A stretch of 48,829 nucleotides of DNA. Source: a virus. Taxonomy: Duplodnaviria > Caudoviricetes. This document shows, piece after piece, positions 26,758 through 36,619 of the stretch. The stretch lies in the IMG/VR virus record IMGVR_UViG_3300047187_000002, positions 1 to 48,829 of that record, one strand, 5' to 3'. Position 1 is the stretch's first letter. Every line of letters starts with the position of its first letter. The notes under the pieces were generated by a model, which saw only the letters and a list, made by a program, of their open reading frames with translations, ran no database searches and was not told the DNA's origin. The translations under genes were made by a program, and so were the position numbers.

Positions 26758-27937
26758 CGTCTTAGATAATCTTCTGGACTCACTAAAGCGTATTATCGTT
26801 CTTGAGGGTGGTTCTTCCAGTACAAAGACATGGAGTATCTTTCAATGGATAATAATTCGCTGTTCACAGAATAGAGGGGAGAGTTATACCATTGCCAGGT
26901 TAAAGATGACATGGACAAAAGCTACTCTGCTGAAAGACTTTGAAACATTGGTTTTGAAATACGGACTTCCGGTGACTCCTGAGATAAACATAAACAGACC
27001 GGATCAATGTTATTTACTCTGGGGTAATGAGTTAAATTTCATAGGTCTTGACGAGCCACAAAAGGCACACGGGCGCAGACAAGATTATCTTTGGCTTAAT
27101 GAAGGCATGGAAGATTCGGAGAAAGAGGCTAATCAGTTAATGATCCGCACTAAGAAACGCATCTTTATTGATTACAACCCCGCTGCTGAGACACACTGGA
27201 TTTATGACAATATCATTTCCCGTGAAGATTGTGACTTCTTTCAGTCAACGATGCGTGATAATCCTTTTTTAGAACAAGCGATAATAGATGAGTTGAACAG
27301 ATTAGAAGATACAGATCCTATTGCTTATAAGATTTACAACTTAGGATTAAGGGCGGTACAAAAGGGACTCATCTTTAAGAACTGGGAAATTGTTAATAGA
27401 ATACCTGATGGGGCAAGGACAATAGCATACTGGCTCGATTTTGGCTTTGTGAATGATCCTACAAGTATAGGGCGACTTTCGTATGTGGACGGAGAACTAT
27501 GGTCTGATGAGTTAGTTTATGAACGGGGACTCGTTAACGTGCCTATCCGCAATGTAAAGAATGGCATGATCGAAAAAAACATATCAGACAAAATGATTGA
27601 GTGCGGTATAAAGGGTAATGATGAGATAATCGCTGATTCAGCAGAAATAAAATCTATCCGTGAACTTCGTGCAGTGGGATGGAATGTTTTCCCTGCCCAT
27701 AAACCGGCCATTACTTTCGGGTTGGACATTCTAAGACGGTACAAGATTAACATTACAGAACGAAGCATTAATACTATTAAAGAGTTTAAAAACTACAAAT
27801 GGGCAATAGACAAAGATGGTGAACCAATAAGACCAGAGAAACCTATTGATGATTGGAATCATAGTATTGATGGTATGAGATATATTGCCGTATTAAAGTT
27901 AGTGAATAGAAGTCAGGGAGTACAACGAATAAATTAA
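26729..27937 (+). CDS. Terminase large subunit (PBSX-like)
   Basis: Walker A GGSSSTKT, Walker B LWLNE, DYNP, DFGF.NDP, NHSIDGMRY. Confidence 0.93.
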   Translation: MRELIINHSNVLDNLLDSLKRIIVLEGGSSSTKTWSIFQWIIIRCSQNRGESYTIARLKMTWTKATLLKDFETLVLKYGLPVTPEININRPDQCYLLWGNELNFIGLDEPQKAHGRRQDYLWLNEGMEDSEKEANQLMIRTKKRIFIDYNPAAETHWIYDNIISREDCDFFQSTMRDNPFLEQAIIDELNRLEDTDPIAYKIYNLGLRAVQKGLIFKNWEIVNRIPDGARTIAYWLDFGFVNDPTSIGRLSYVDGELWSDELVYERGLVNVPIRNVKNGMIEKNISDKMIECGIKGNDEIIADSAEIKSIRELRAVGWNVFPAHKPAITFGLDILRRYKINITERSINTIKEFKNYKWAIDKDGEPIRPEKPIDDWNHSIDGMRYIAVLKLVNRSQGVQRIN

Positions 27938-27942
27938 AGGAT

Positions 27943-28116
27943 ATGAAAAAACAGATTTTAAAATTAGGTGATTCCTATGTTTCTAATAAAAAAGTGGGGC
28001 CATTTGGTTTTTTAGTTACTTCTCCAAATTTGGCTGATGCTGTTATTTTTACAGAAGAAGAAGTTAATATAATACTAAATACTTCTTGTATGAATCCTAT
28101 TCCTATCGAAGTATGA
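27943..28116 (+). CDS. Hypothetical protein (57 aa)
   Basis: Read by hand; its TGA overlaps ATG 28113. Confidence 0.45.
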   Translation: MKKQILKLGDSYVSNKKVGPFGFLVTSPNLADAVIFTEEEVNIILNTSCMNPIPIEV

Positions 28117-29129
28117 AAACATTAGGAGCATCACTTATAGTAAAGAATGAATCTGAATGTATTGAGGCTTGTTTAAATTCGCTCAAAGGCATGGATGAGA
28201 TAGTCATTGTTGACACAGGTTCTGAAGACAACACAGTAGAACTCTGCAAGAAATACACTGATAAGATTTATACTGATTATCTCTGGCAGGATGACTTTGC
28301 TGAGGCTCGTAATGTATCGCTTTCTCATTGTACTACTGATTATGTGTTTATCATTGATGCAGATGATACATTAAATTGTAGTGTTGAAGGGATAAAGCAT
28401 GTACTAAATTCTTACATGACAAAGGAAGTAGAAGGACATGTGATTCAATACTTAGGGATGTTATTCTCAGTTCAGACGAGTATAGAGACTATTGAATCAA
28501 TAAGGATAATAAAGAATGATCCGTTAATAAAATGGGAGGGTGCTGTCCATAATATACTTACATATAACGGAAGCAATGAAAGATTAAAAGCACAATGTTA
28601 TAAGACGAAGTTTGAAATTAAAGCAGGTTATTCACCGTCGCATTTCAGAGACCCGGACAGGAGTCTAAGGATATTGACTAAGCAATTAGAAATAGACCCT
28701 AAAAACATACGCTATCAGTATTACATGGCAAGGGAATATATCTCAAGACGAATGGACCCGGCAAATAAAGAACGCATTCCTGAATTTCTTGACTTGATAA
28801 TCTATTGGCTTGAACGGTATGAGTCAATAGGCTTCTTTGTGGATTGGACAAATGAACTGGCGGACGCTTTGTATTTACTTTCATTGGCTTATTTTGAAAA
28901 AGTTCTTGTCACTAAAGATGTTACCTGGTGGCATAAAGGTATTGTCGCTGCTCTAAAATCATTTGCCGTGCTTCCTTCTTACCAGGCTCCTGCTAAGTTG
29001 CTTTCTGATGCCATGATGCAAATACCAGGAACGAAAGGAATAGTACAATATAAGGCAGCGCATGAGTTCTGGAAGTTTGTTGCTTCAAAATGTTCTAATC
29101 AAGGTGTTGCACAAATACGAAAAGTATGA
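28113..29129 (+). CDS. GT2 glycosyltransferase with TPR-like helical domain
   Basis: LIVKNES..VDTGSEDNT..W.DDFAEARN..IDADD; YQYYMAREY. Confidence 0.88.
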   Translation: MKTLGASLIVKNESECIEACLNSLKGMDEIVIVDTGSEDNTVELCKKYTDKIYTDYLWQDDFAEARNVSLSHCTTDYVFIIDADDTLNCSVEGIKHVLNSYMTKEVEGHVIQYLGMLFSVQTSIETIESIRIIKNDPLIKWEGAVHNILTYNGSNERLKAQCYKTKFEIKAGYSPSHFRDPDRSLRILTKQLEIDPKNIRYQYYMAREYISRRMDPANKERIPEFLDLIIYWLERYESIGFFVDWTNELADALYLLSLAYFEKVLVTKDVTWWHKGIVAALKSFAVLPSYQAPAKLLSDAMMQIPGTKGIVQYKAAHEFWKFVASKCSNQGVAQIRKV

Positions 29130-29338
29130 AAACAACAATTATTAAGAAAAACGAAATTGAATATCCATGCCTTAAAATAAAGGAAGGTTCAGGGATTGTT
29201 ATCTTTTGTTTATCGGAAAATGAAGGATTTATTATTTTTGTACCTGATGAAGTTAAACTTGCATATTCGCTGGGTGAAAAGGTTAATGCTTTGGAGGAGG
29301 CTAAATTATATACAGGAATCGTTTCGCTTGAAAATTAA
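29126..29338 (+). CDS. Hypothetical protein
   Basis: ATGA-coupled ORF. Confidence 0.55.
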   Translation: MKTTIIKKNEIEYPCLKIKEGSGIVIFCLSENEGFIIFVPDEVKLAYSLGEKVNALEEAKLYTGIVSLEN

Positions 29339-29357
29339 AACTATGAAAATAAAAGAA

Positions 29358-29627
29358 ATGAAAAAGCTATTATTCTTTTTAGTCGTTATGTTTCTTCTCT
29401 CCTGTGAGAAAGAACCTATTCCAAAGATTGTTACTGATGAGTTCTGCTGGGCATGTAACAGTGAGAACATAATTGGAGGATCATATTACTCTCAGACGTT
29501 TGATATATGCAGTCTTACTGAAATAGAAATCAGGATTTTTGAGGCAGACAATAGTTATGGTGTTTTCATTAATGACTACGGCCCGGACGTAGCTGCAAGG
29601 AAAATAACCTGTGTAAAACAAAAATAA
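29358..29627 (+). CDS. Small Cys-rich lipoprotein
   Basis: MKKLLFFLVVMFLLS/C lipobox; CWAC..C..C. Confidence 0.7.
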   Translation: MKKLLFFLVVMFLLSCEKEPIPKIVTDEFCWACNSENIIGGSYYSQTFDICSLTEIEIRIFEADNSYGVFINDYGPDVAARKITCVKQK

Positions 29628-29700
29628 ATTGTAAATAGTATTAGTATTAACCAACTGTTATTTATGAAGTAAACAGAAAAACGACACTGATTTTTAAAGG

Positions 29701-29725
29701 AGTCTTCAGTAATGGAGACTTTTTT
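29701..29725 (+). terminator. Intrinsic terminator
   Basis: AGTCTTC-AGTAAT-GGAGACT then T run. Confidence 0.7.
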
Positions 29726-29728
29726 ATT

Positions 29729-29805
29729 TGTTAATAATCTATATATATATGTTAATAATTATATATATAGATATTTGTATATGTCATAAAAATTGACTAT
29801 TTTAT
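29729..29805 (+). promoter_or_regulatory. Tandem TGTTAATAAT boxes and degenerate promoter before the structural operon
   Basis: Boxes at 29729 and 29750; TTTG 29774; TATTTTAT 29798. Confidence 0.5.
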
Positions 29806-29886
29806 AAGAACAGTTCATATTATAGGCTTTCGTCAATGAATGACTATCCTTTTTTATTTCTATCGTTTAATTTAATATCTTAATCA

Positions 29887-30495
29887 ATGAGCATTACTGT
29901 TTGTCAATGCCCTATCAGCACTACACTTGCATCTATTGTCACCGACATTAATGATTGCAAAGTTGAGTTCGGGCAGATTCAAAAACTAATCTTCTGGAGG
30001 CATGGTCAGCATTTAGACGCTGCTGCTTCTGCTGTCTCATCCGCCGTATGGACGGTTCATCTTACAGCAACGGGCGACACCAAGGCAGTCGTTTCTCCGT
30101 TTGTATCGCTTGTTATTCCTCCGACAGAAGTTCGTGAAGTCGGTTCCGGTAATGAAGTGAAGGATGGTATCCCTATTCAAATAGGCACTCTTTCAGTAAA
30201 AGCCGAAGGACATATCTGGCAGACAGACCAGGCGGTGATAAAACTACTCAAGGCGCTTAGTTGCGATGACCTGGATGTACTCTTTATCAATGAAAACAAT
30301 CAACTTGGATATAATAAGGTTGGCAGTCTTGTCGAAGGATTCCCGATAACTTCTTTGTTTATCTCTGATTTGAGTACTGGTTCTTACACCGATGGATCAA
30401 AGAACATGTTCCATTTCTATCTTGCTGGTGGGTGGTCTGATGGTTTTACAGTAACAGCAGCTACCACTTTCTTGCTTGACATGGTTAACTCGTGA
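29887..30495 (+). CDS. Structural protein, probable major tail tube protein
   Basis: 202 aa, beta-rich, C..FGQIQKLIF start; first gene of structural operon. Confidence 0.45.
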   Translation: MSITVCQCPISTTLASIVTDINDCKVEFGQIQKLIFWRHGQHLDAAASAVSSAVWTVHLTATGDTKAVVSPFVSLVIPPTEVREVGSGNEVKDGIPIQIGTLSVKAEGHIWQTDQAVIKLLKALSCDDLDVLFINENNQLGYNKVGSLVEGFPITSLFISDLSTGSYTDGSKNMFHFYLAGGWSDGFTVTAATTFLLDMVNS

Positions 30496-30686
30496 GATTA
30501 GTTTGCGGGGATATGATTTTAGAATGCAGCGAAAAGCGTGCTGCTGATATTTTGCGTATTCAAAAGCAGATGAGAGTTAACGACTGGCAAATACAAGAAA
30601 ATGCTAATACTGGAACAGATACAGTCACTGATAATACAGCGACCACACAAAAAAGAACTCGACAGAGGCATAGTTCATCAAAATAG
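30492..30686 (+). CDS. Hypothetical protein overlapping the portal start
   Basis: GTGA-coupled ORF. Confidence 0.4.
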   Translation: MRLVCGDMILECSEKRAADILRIQKQMRVNDWQIQENANTGTDTVTDNTATTQKRTRQRHSSSK

Positions 30687-32583
30687 ATTAAAGTTTCACA
30701 CTGAGACTGAGATTCTTTTAAATGAACTTTCTCCTTATAGAGATATTTTCTTGTCGTGGATATGCGCAGAGAAACCTGAGTTACTTCCTGCAGATAAGGT
30801 TGAGCGGTTTAAGCAACTGATGACTTGTCCACTTCCTACAATTCAATTGACACAAGCTATTAACATTGCTTTGTCAAGAGTCTTTGAGGGACAGGATAAG
30901 TTTTTCAGGTACGACTTCAAGGATGATACGAAGTTGGATGACTGGCAGGAGTTCCGTGATGATGGGTTCTGGAAAGAAGAAGGTATGCAGGCAATGATAA
31001 ATGCCATTGATTCCGTTTGGGTTGCTGACTTACCACAGGAACAAGAAGGAGATAAACCGGAACCTTGTAATAGACTTATTGATATTTCAAACGTGATAGA
31101 CATTTCCTGCAAACGTAACGGAGAATGTCTGTATGTCATCTTTGCTATCGGTGAGAAATTATTCGTTTATGATGATGAGTCTATTTGTGTATTCGATTAT
31201 CAAAAGGAAAAGATAGGAGAATTAATATCAGAGTTCTTTCATGAGTTGAGTTACTGTCCGGCACGTATGTTCTGGAGTGATTATCTGGGTTATAAGAATT
31301 GTATAAATCATAAAGCGCCACTTACAAATGTACTTTCAGAGCTGGACTGGTTGTTAGTACATAAAGTTTTCAAGAAGTATATGGACATAGCTAATTCCTT
31401 CCCTATACTTGTCAAGTATCAATCAGGTCAGGACTTTGGAGACTTGACGAAAGAAAATAACAAAGGACGGACTGAAGGACAGAAACAGACAGCAGGCAAG
31501 GGATTGATAGGGCCGGGAACGATTGTTGAAGTTCCTATTCCAATAGAAGGTCAACCGGATTTAATGGCTAATCCTTTAGCATGGGTGTCACCAGCAGTAG
31601 ATACATTAAACTTTCATGTATCTGAAGATGTTCGATTGACTGATTATATTTTTAAGACTTCAGTAGGCATTGATGGGGAACAGACGAATGACCAGGCTAA
31701 GAATGAAAAACAGGTGCTGGCTTCATTTGAAAACCAGAGTATAATCCTAAGACGTTTAGCACAGAATTTTGAAAAGATACAGACATTTGCTGAAAAAACG
31801 ATTATCGCTTTACGATACGGTGAAGAGGTAACTGTCTCGATAGATTACGGGTCTAAGTTCTTCTTAAAGACTGCCGACGATCTGATGGCAGAGAAAGAAG
31901 CCATGACGGGGGACGATGTTATGGTTGACGCTGTCTCATCTGAACTTATAGAGACTAAGTTCCGCAATGATTCAGGAGGCAAGATGAGAGCAAATGTAAT
32001 TCAGGACTTAGACCCCCTACCGGGGAAAACTATTGATGAGGTTATTAAGATAAAGAATGCAGGAGGTATTGACAAAATATCATTTATCATCAAACTTAAC
32101 CTGATGAGTTTTGTTCGGAGGTTTGAACGTGAACAATTGCCGATTGCACAATTTATGAAAGTCGGAGAATATAATGAGAGGGTTAAAATCATTCTTGATG
32201 AGTTTAAAAAATATGTTAATGAATTTTCTATTACACCAGTAGCAACTACGGATAAAACTTCGGTAGTTAAAACAACAGTTACTCCGGTAAATCAATTAGC
32301 AGTTGAAGATGTTCAGAAAACAGCCCTTAATGGAGCTCAGGTATCAGCTCTTATAGAACTGATAATGAATATTGGAACTGGTGTAGTAAGTAAAGAAACG
32401 GCTAAAGGAATTATAGTTAATGCCTTCCCAACATTTACAGACGAGGAGGTTGACCAGATAGTTAATAATGTAAGCATAAAGAAAAACAATACAAAAACTC
32501 CAGTGGCGACAGTTAGTCCTACTGTGGTTGTAGAAAAAAATCCTGCAAAAGTGAAAGCAGGTAAAGTAATAACTAATAAATAA
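30601..32583 (+). CDS. Portal protein with C-terminal extension
   Basis: 660 aa, helical, precedes scaffold and capsid; tail LNGAQVSAL..FP. Confidence 0.7.
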   Translation: MLILEQIQSLIIQRPHKKELDRGIVHQNRLKFHTETEILLNELSPYRDIFLSWICAEKPELLPADKVERFKQLMTCPLPTIQLTQAINIALSRVFEGQDKFFRYDFKDDTKLDDWQEFRDDGFWKEEGMQAMINAIDSVWVADLPQEQEGDKPEPCNRLIDISNVIDISCKRNGECLYVIFAIGEKLFVYDDESICVFDYQKEKIGELISEFFHELSYCPARMFWSDYLGYKNCINHKAPLTNVLSELDWLLVHKVFKKYMDIANSFPILVKYQSGQDFGDLTKENNKGRTEGQKQTAGKGLIGPGTIVEVPIPIEGQPDLMANPLAWVSPAVDTLNFHVSEDVRLTDYIFKTSVGIDGEQTNDQAKNEKQVLASFENQSIILRRLAQNFEKIQTFAEKTIIALRYGEEVTVSIDYGSKFFLKTADDLMAEKEAMTGDDVMVDAVSSELIETKFRNDSGGKMRANVIQDLDPLPGKTIDEVIKIKNAGGIDKISFIIKLNLMSFVRRFEREQLPIAQFMKVGEYNERVKIILDEFKKYVNEFSITPVATTDKTSVVKTTVTPVNQLAVEDVQKTALNGAQVSALIELIMNIGTGVVSKETAKGIIVNAFPTFTDEEVDQIVNNVSIKKNNTKTPVATVSPTVVVEKNPAKVKAGKVITNK

Positions 32584-32587
32584 TAAA

Positions 32588-32956
32588 ATGTTTGGTAACA
32601 TTAACAAAAATGTAGAGATCAAAGAGGAAGATCGCTATTTTCACAATGTCCTGATGGAGAAAATAATTATTAATCCGAAGGATCCGTTACATCCTATTGT
32701 CCGTAAGTATGTGAAAGTCTTTCGTGCAATAGATTACAAGAAGTATTTTCAATGCTCGCAGGAAGATCAGATTGGTTTCTTAAAGGCAATGAATTATCAG
32801 ACTGCTGAACTTGTACATGACCCGACTATTGACGATTTTGTCAGGCCTGCCATTGAGAAATCTTTTGAGCAGAAGTTTGTTGAACTTAAAAAGACAAACT
32901 TAACAAGACAAATGCAAACTAAACTTCGTAAATCTATCAAACCGATTGTGAAATGA
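32588..32956 (+). CDS. Hypothetical head-module protein
   Basis: Between portal and scaffold. Confidence 0.55.
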   Translation: MFGNINKNVEIKEEDRYFHNVLMEKIIINPKDPLHPIVRKYVKVFRAIDYKKYFQCSQEDQIGFLKAMNYQTAELVHDPTIDDFVRPAIEKSFEQKFVELKKTNLTRQMQTKLRKSIKPIVK

Positions 32957-33846
32957 AGAAAGATGAAGTGCTGAAGTACGTAGAGACTAAAGGGGACGAA
33001 TCGTTTATAGTACGCACAGAAGCAGAAGAGAAAACGTTCCTTGAAAATTACGGTAAGAAGATTGAAGAAGAAGTGATTCCTTCCAAGATCAGCGAATTGC
33101 ACACCCGGTATGATGATGACATCTTTGCTGTCACAGGATTGAAAAAGAATCCTACTGAAAAGACTTATGATTTTACCAAAAGAGTTCTTGGTGAATATAA
33201 AACGAAGGCAGAGAAAGCATCTATACTTGAGAAAGAAATCAGTGATTTGAAGAAACAAATTGCAGATGGTACGGGTGACAAGAAAACACTAGCAGACCTT
33301 GAGGCTGTTCAAAGAGCTTATAAAGAACTTGAGGATACAAAGACAAAAGAAGTGACAGAGATAAAGACTCAGTTTGAAAAGTACAAAGATGAGTCTGAAA
33401 TTGTTGCTGCAAGTTCGGGACTTTTATTCAAAAAGAACATCCCCGAAACGGCTATCAAGTCTTTGGTAAAACAGATCATAGGCGATCTTTCTTCGATAGC
33501 TTCACGGCAGGACGGCAAGTTGATATTCTTGAAAGATGGAGTACCGATGCGCAATCCTCATAATGCCCTGAATCCTTATACTGCGGATGAACTTCTAAAA
33601 GAAAGATTAAAAGATGTTCTTGATACAGGTCGTAAAGCTGAAGGAGGGCCGGGTATTGATAACGAAGTGACGAAGGTATATGATAATGCATCAGGTAAAT
33701 TAACAAAGATCATTATGCTTATTCCGGACACGGTAAAATCAAAAAATGATTTAGGAAAATATTTGGTAAGTCAGAAACTGTTAAGAGGATCACAGGAATA
33801 TGATGCAGCTTATGCAGAGTATTCAAAAGACTTACCCATGCGCTGA
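32953..33846 (+). CDS. Capsid scaffolding protein
   Basis: Highly charged coiled coil directly before the capsid gene. Confidence 0.65.
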   Translation: MKKDEVLKYVETKGDESFIVRTEAEEKTFLENYGKKIEEEVIPSKISELHTRYDDDIFAVTGLKKNPTEKTYDFTKRVLGEYKTKAEKASILEKEISDLKKQIADGTGDKKTLADLEAVQRAYKELEDTKTKEVTEIKTQFEKYKDESEIVAASSGLLFKKNIPETAIKSLVKQIIGDLSSIASRQDGKLIFLKDGVPMRNPHNALNPYTADELLKERLKDVLDTGRKAEGGPGIDNEVTKVYDNASGKLTKIIMLIPDTVKSKNDLGKYLVSQKLLRGSQEYDAAYAEYSKDLPMR

Positions 33847-33899
33847 AATGTGACTTTTGCGTAAACCATAACATAGTATTAATTTAAAACAATTTTAAA

Positions 33900-34934
33900 A
33901 TGGCTTATGCTACAACAGTCTTAGACGAATATCGTCTAAGTTATGAAAAATCAAATTTGGATGCACATGATAACCGCTTTTCAAACTACGGTGCTTATGC
34001 TACATTCTTAAAAGATACTCCGAATCTTATTCCGGGGTATGCTGAACTTGTCGCCGGTCGTGCTTTGGCTACACGTACTGTGTCTGTCCCTATTCTTACA
34101 AGACAGACTCTCGGTACTGCCGCTGTACGTACCTGTACTCCGACTTATAATCAGGGTACTTCTGCTTATGTAACTCCTTCATGGACGACTGTCGAGGCAG
34201 GGTTTATGATGGTTCCGACAGAACATGAAGACAATTACATCTCAGAAGATGCTGCATTCTTACACAACCTGAAGGCTGTGGAGAAAGCATTCTTGCTTGA
34301 TGCCGATACCGATGCTGTCGCTTATCTTGTTACTAACTTGACTTATGCGAATGATGCTACAGGCAATCCATTCTTTAATACTGCCAAGTATATGCAGGTT
34401 CCTTTGGCTTTCCATGATACTTTCTTCCAGGATCTGAAAGACATCATGTTTGCCAATGACATTGATGCCGATGCCGGTATTAATATTGTCGGTTCTCACA
34501 GAGTTCGTGGGTTGGTTGAATATTATTCCAATCAGGGAACTGGTAATAGTGCTAATCTTACCTTCCAATACAACGGATTCGATTTTGCTTATAGTAACCG
34601 TTGCGCTATCGGAACAGCTCTTCTGGGTGTAGCTTATGCTATGCCTAAAGGTTCTTTGGCATACCTGTCATGGGTTGACAAAGATGCCGTACTGAATCAC
34701 AAGTCAGGTGACGGTAAGGAATGGTATCAGGAAGAACTTCCACTTTTGGGCCATAAGGTAGGTGTTCTGTATCAGTCAAGTTGTGCTGATAAGAGTTCAC
34801 TGTTTACTGGAGGCCAGGCAACGCTGATGGAGAATTATATGTTCAGCTTTGACAGAGCTTTCACAAGTTCTTATGATGCTACTATTACCACTGATGCAGG
34901 TGTCATCTTTGGTATTGAGTTTGCAAAACTTTAG
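33900..34934 (+). CDS. Major capsid protein
   Basis: 344 aa, after scaffold, followed by terminator. Confidence 0.75.
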   Translation: MAYATTVLDEYRLSYEKSNLDAHDNRFSNYGAYATFLKDTPNLIPGYAELVAGRALATRTVSVPILTRQTLGTAAVRTCTPTYNQGTSAYVTPSWTTVEAGFMMVPTEHEDNYISEDAAFLHNLKAVEKAFLLDADTDAVAYLVTNLTYANDATGNPFFNTAKYMQVPLAFHDTFFQDLKDIMFANDIDADAGINIVGSHRVRGLVEYYSNQGTGNSANLTFQYNGFDFAYSNRCAIGTALLGVAYAMPKGSLAYLSWVDKDAVLNHKSGDGKEWYQEELPLLGHKVGVLYQSSCADKSSLFTGGQATLMENYMFSFDRAFTSSYDATITTDAGVIFGIEFAKL

Positions 34935-34943
34935 TTAAGAGTT

Positions 34944-34972
34944 AGCCCGGCTACGGGTCGGGCTTTCTTTTT
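34944..34972 (+). terminator. Intrinsic terminator after the capsid gene
   Basis: AGCCCGGC-TACGG-GTCGGGCT then TTCTTTTT. Confidence 0.8.
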
Positions 34973-34976
34973 ATTT

Positions 34977-35204
34977 ATGTGCGTGAATTGTAAAAAAAAC
35001 AGGGTTCAGCAGATTATCGAAGGGATGGGTAATTATGTATTCAGAACTCCTGAATCAGAGGCAATAGCTAAAAGACGAGCTGAAATTTGTGCTGTATGTT
35101 TACAATTAAAAGGAGAGAAAACAAATTGGTGTCCAGAATGTCATTGTTATATACCATTTGCAATTAGAAGTATGGCTAAAGAATGTGATTTAAAATTATG
35201 GTAG
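34977..35204 (+). CDS. Small Cys-rich protein
   Basis: RAEICAVC...CPECHCYI...C.LKLW. Confidence 0.65.
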   Translation: MCVNCKKNRVQQIIEGMGNYVFRTPESEAIAKRRAEICAVCLQLKGEKTNWCPECHCYIPFAIRSMAKECDLKLW

Positions 35205-36359
35205 ATGTTTAATATTTCAACTTTAAAAACAGCATTGACGGGACATATAGGATTCCGTGAATTTGATGATACAACAATCGGAACCGTTGCCACTGCTTTA
35301 AGGAGTTCAGTGTCAGGTCAATACTTTGATGATTTTCATCCGTTTCTTCGTACTGACAATCTTTACTATGCTGCACCGGAAGAGGCTACATTCAATACAT
35401 GGCTCCAATCAAGAGTTGAAGGATCTATTGCAAAACTCTTTAATCGTTTAGCAACAGATAAGAAATTGAGCGGATCAACAAGGTCTATCTTTGAAAACAA
35501 ACCAATCTTTTCAGGGATTGGAGAGATGTCTGATACCATTACGAAGTCAGGTCGTTTAGTCGGTCTGGCTATCACTCCTAGAAACATCAATAATATTCAA
35601 GTAGTTTTAAATCAGATAGGTTTCCATTTCACTTCCATTCAGGCAGGGTTTAACATTTATCTCTGGCACTCGTCTCATGTGGGGACAGTAGATTCGCAGG
35701 TAGTAACAACTTCAACGGTAAGCAATTTCGATTGGAAGTCTTTGAACTTTGCTCTAGATTATGTAAACTATGCCAATGACATTGATTCCGGAGGGACATG
35801 GTTCATAGGTTACTTTGAGAATGATGTCACTGGTAATGCAATCCGTAAACGGTACGACTTTTATAATGGGCCATGTCAGGGATGTAAAGGATCAGGAGAC
35901 AACCGCAACAGGTTTGATCTATGGAGTAAGTACGTTGATATAATGCCATTCTCTGTTCCTGCATCTGCATTATCGGGAACTAACCTTCCCGCATTGGGAA
36001 GTATGATTGAAGATGAAACGACAAACTTCGGGATGAACATTTCTTTAACTGTCAGACCTGATGTAACAGAATTAATTACTGGTAATCTTTCATTGATTAC
36101 TTATCCTCTGGGGATGCAGTTTGCTAATGACATGATCGAATGGATGGCTTATAATCCTGCTGTAAGAATCAACCCTCAGAGGGTAAATGCTTCGCAGGGC
36201 GTTCTCTTATATGAATTGTCAGGAGCTACGAACACGAAGGCTGACGGTATTAAACTTGAACTCACTAAGGCTATCAATGCACTTGCAGAAGATTTAAGTG
36301 ATTTATCGGCTGCACTACCAAAGAATAAACCTTCGGGGATAAGAATAGGGGCTATATGA
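35205..36359 (+). CDS. Virion structural protein (head-tail region)
   Basis: Position after capsid; 384 aa. Confidence 0.55.
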   Translation: MFNISTLKTALTGHIGFREFDDTTIGTVATALRSSVSGQYFDDFHPFLRTDNLYYAAPEEATFNTWLQSRVEGSIAKLFNRLATDKKLSGSTRSIFENKPIFSGIGEMSDTITKSGRLVGLAITPRNINNIQVVLNQIGFHFTSIQAGFNIYLWHSSHVGTVDSQVVTTSTVSNFDWKSLNFALDYVNYANDIDSGGTWFIGYFENDVTGNAIRKRYDFYNGPCQGCKGSGDNRNRFDLWSKYVDIMPFSVPASALSGTNLPALGSMIEDETTNFGMNISLTVRPDVTELITGNLSLITYPLGMQFANDMIEWMAYNPAVRINPQRVNASQGVLLYELSGATNTKADGIKLELTKAINALAEDLSDLSAALPKNKPSGIRIGAI

Positions 36360-36619
36360 AAGTAGAAGAAAGACCGGCAGTAGTAACTCCGATGACCGTT
36401 GTTCAGTGCCTTAGTTGTGGATGGAAAGATTACTTAGGCAATGCAAGGCAAAGCATTTATCTCGATCATAGACCTGGTAGATTAGTACCGGCAGAGAAAG
36501 GAGGTAATGGAAAGAATTACAGATGTCCTGTGTGCAAACAATTATTATTCTACACTCGTTATGACAATAACAGAAAAATTATCGCACCTCAAGGCCATAA
36601 ATATCAAAACACTTTTTGA
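36356..36619 (+). CDS. Zn-ribbon protein
   Basis: CLSCG...CPVCK. Confidence 0.55.
   Translation: MKVEERPAVVTPMTVVQCLSCGWKDYLGNARQSIYLDHRPGRLVPAEKGGNGKNYRCPVCKQLLFYTRYDNNRKIIAPQGHKYQNTF

Noticed and set aside
34992-34999. A8 tract as a frameshift site
   Set aside because: The ORF is intact in frame 0 with its Cys motifs; nothing requires a shift.
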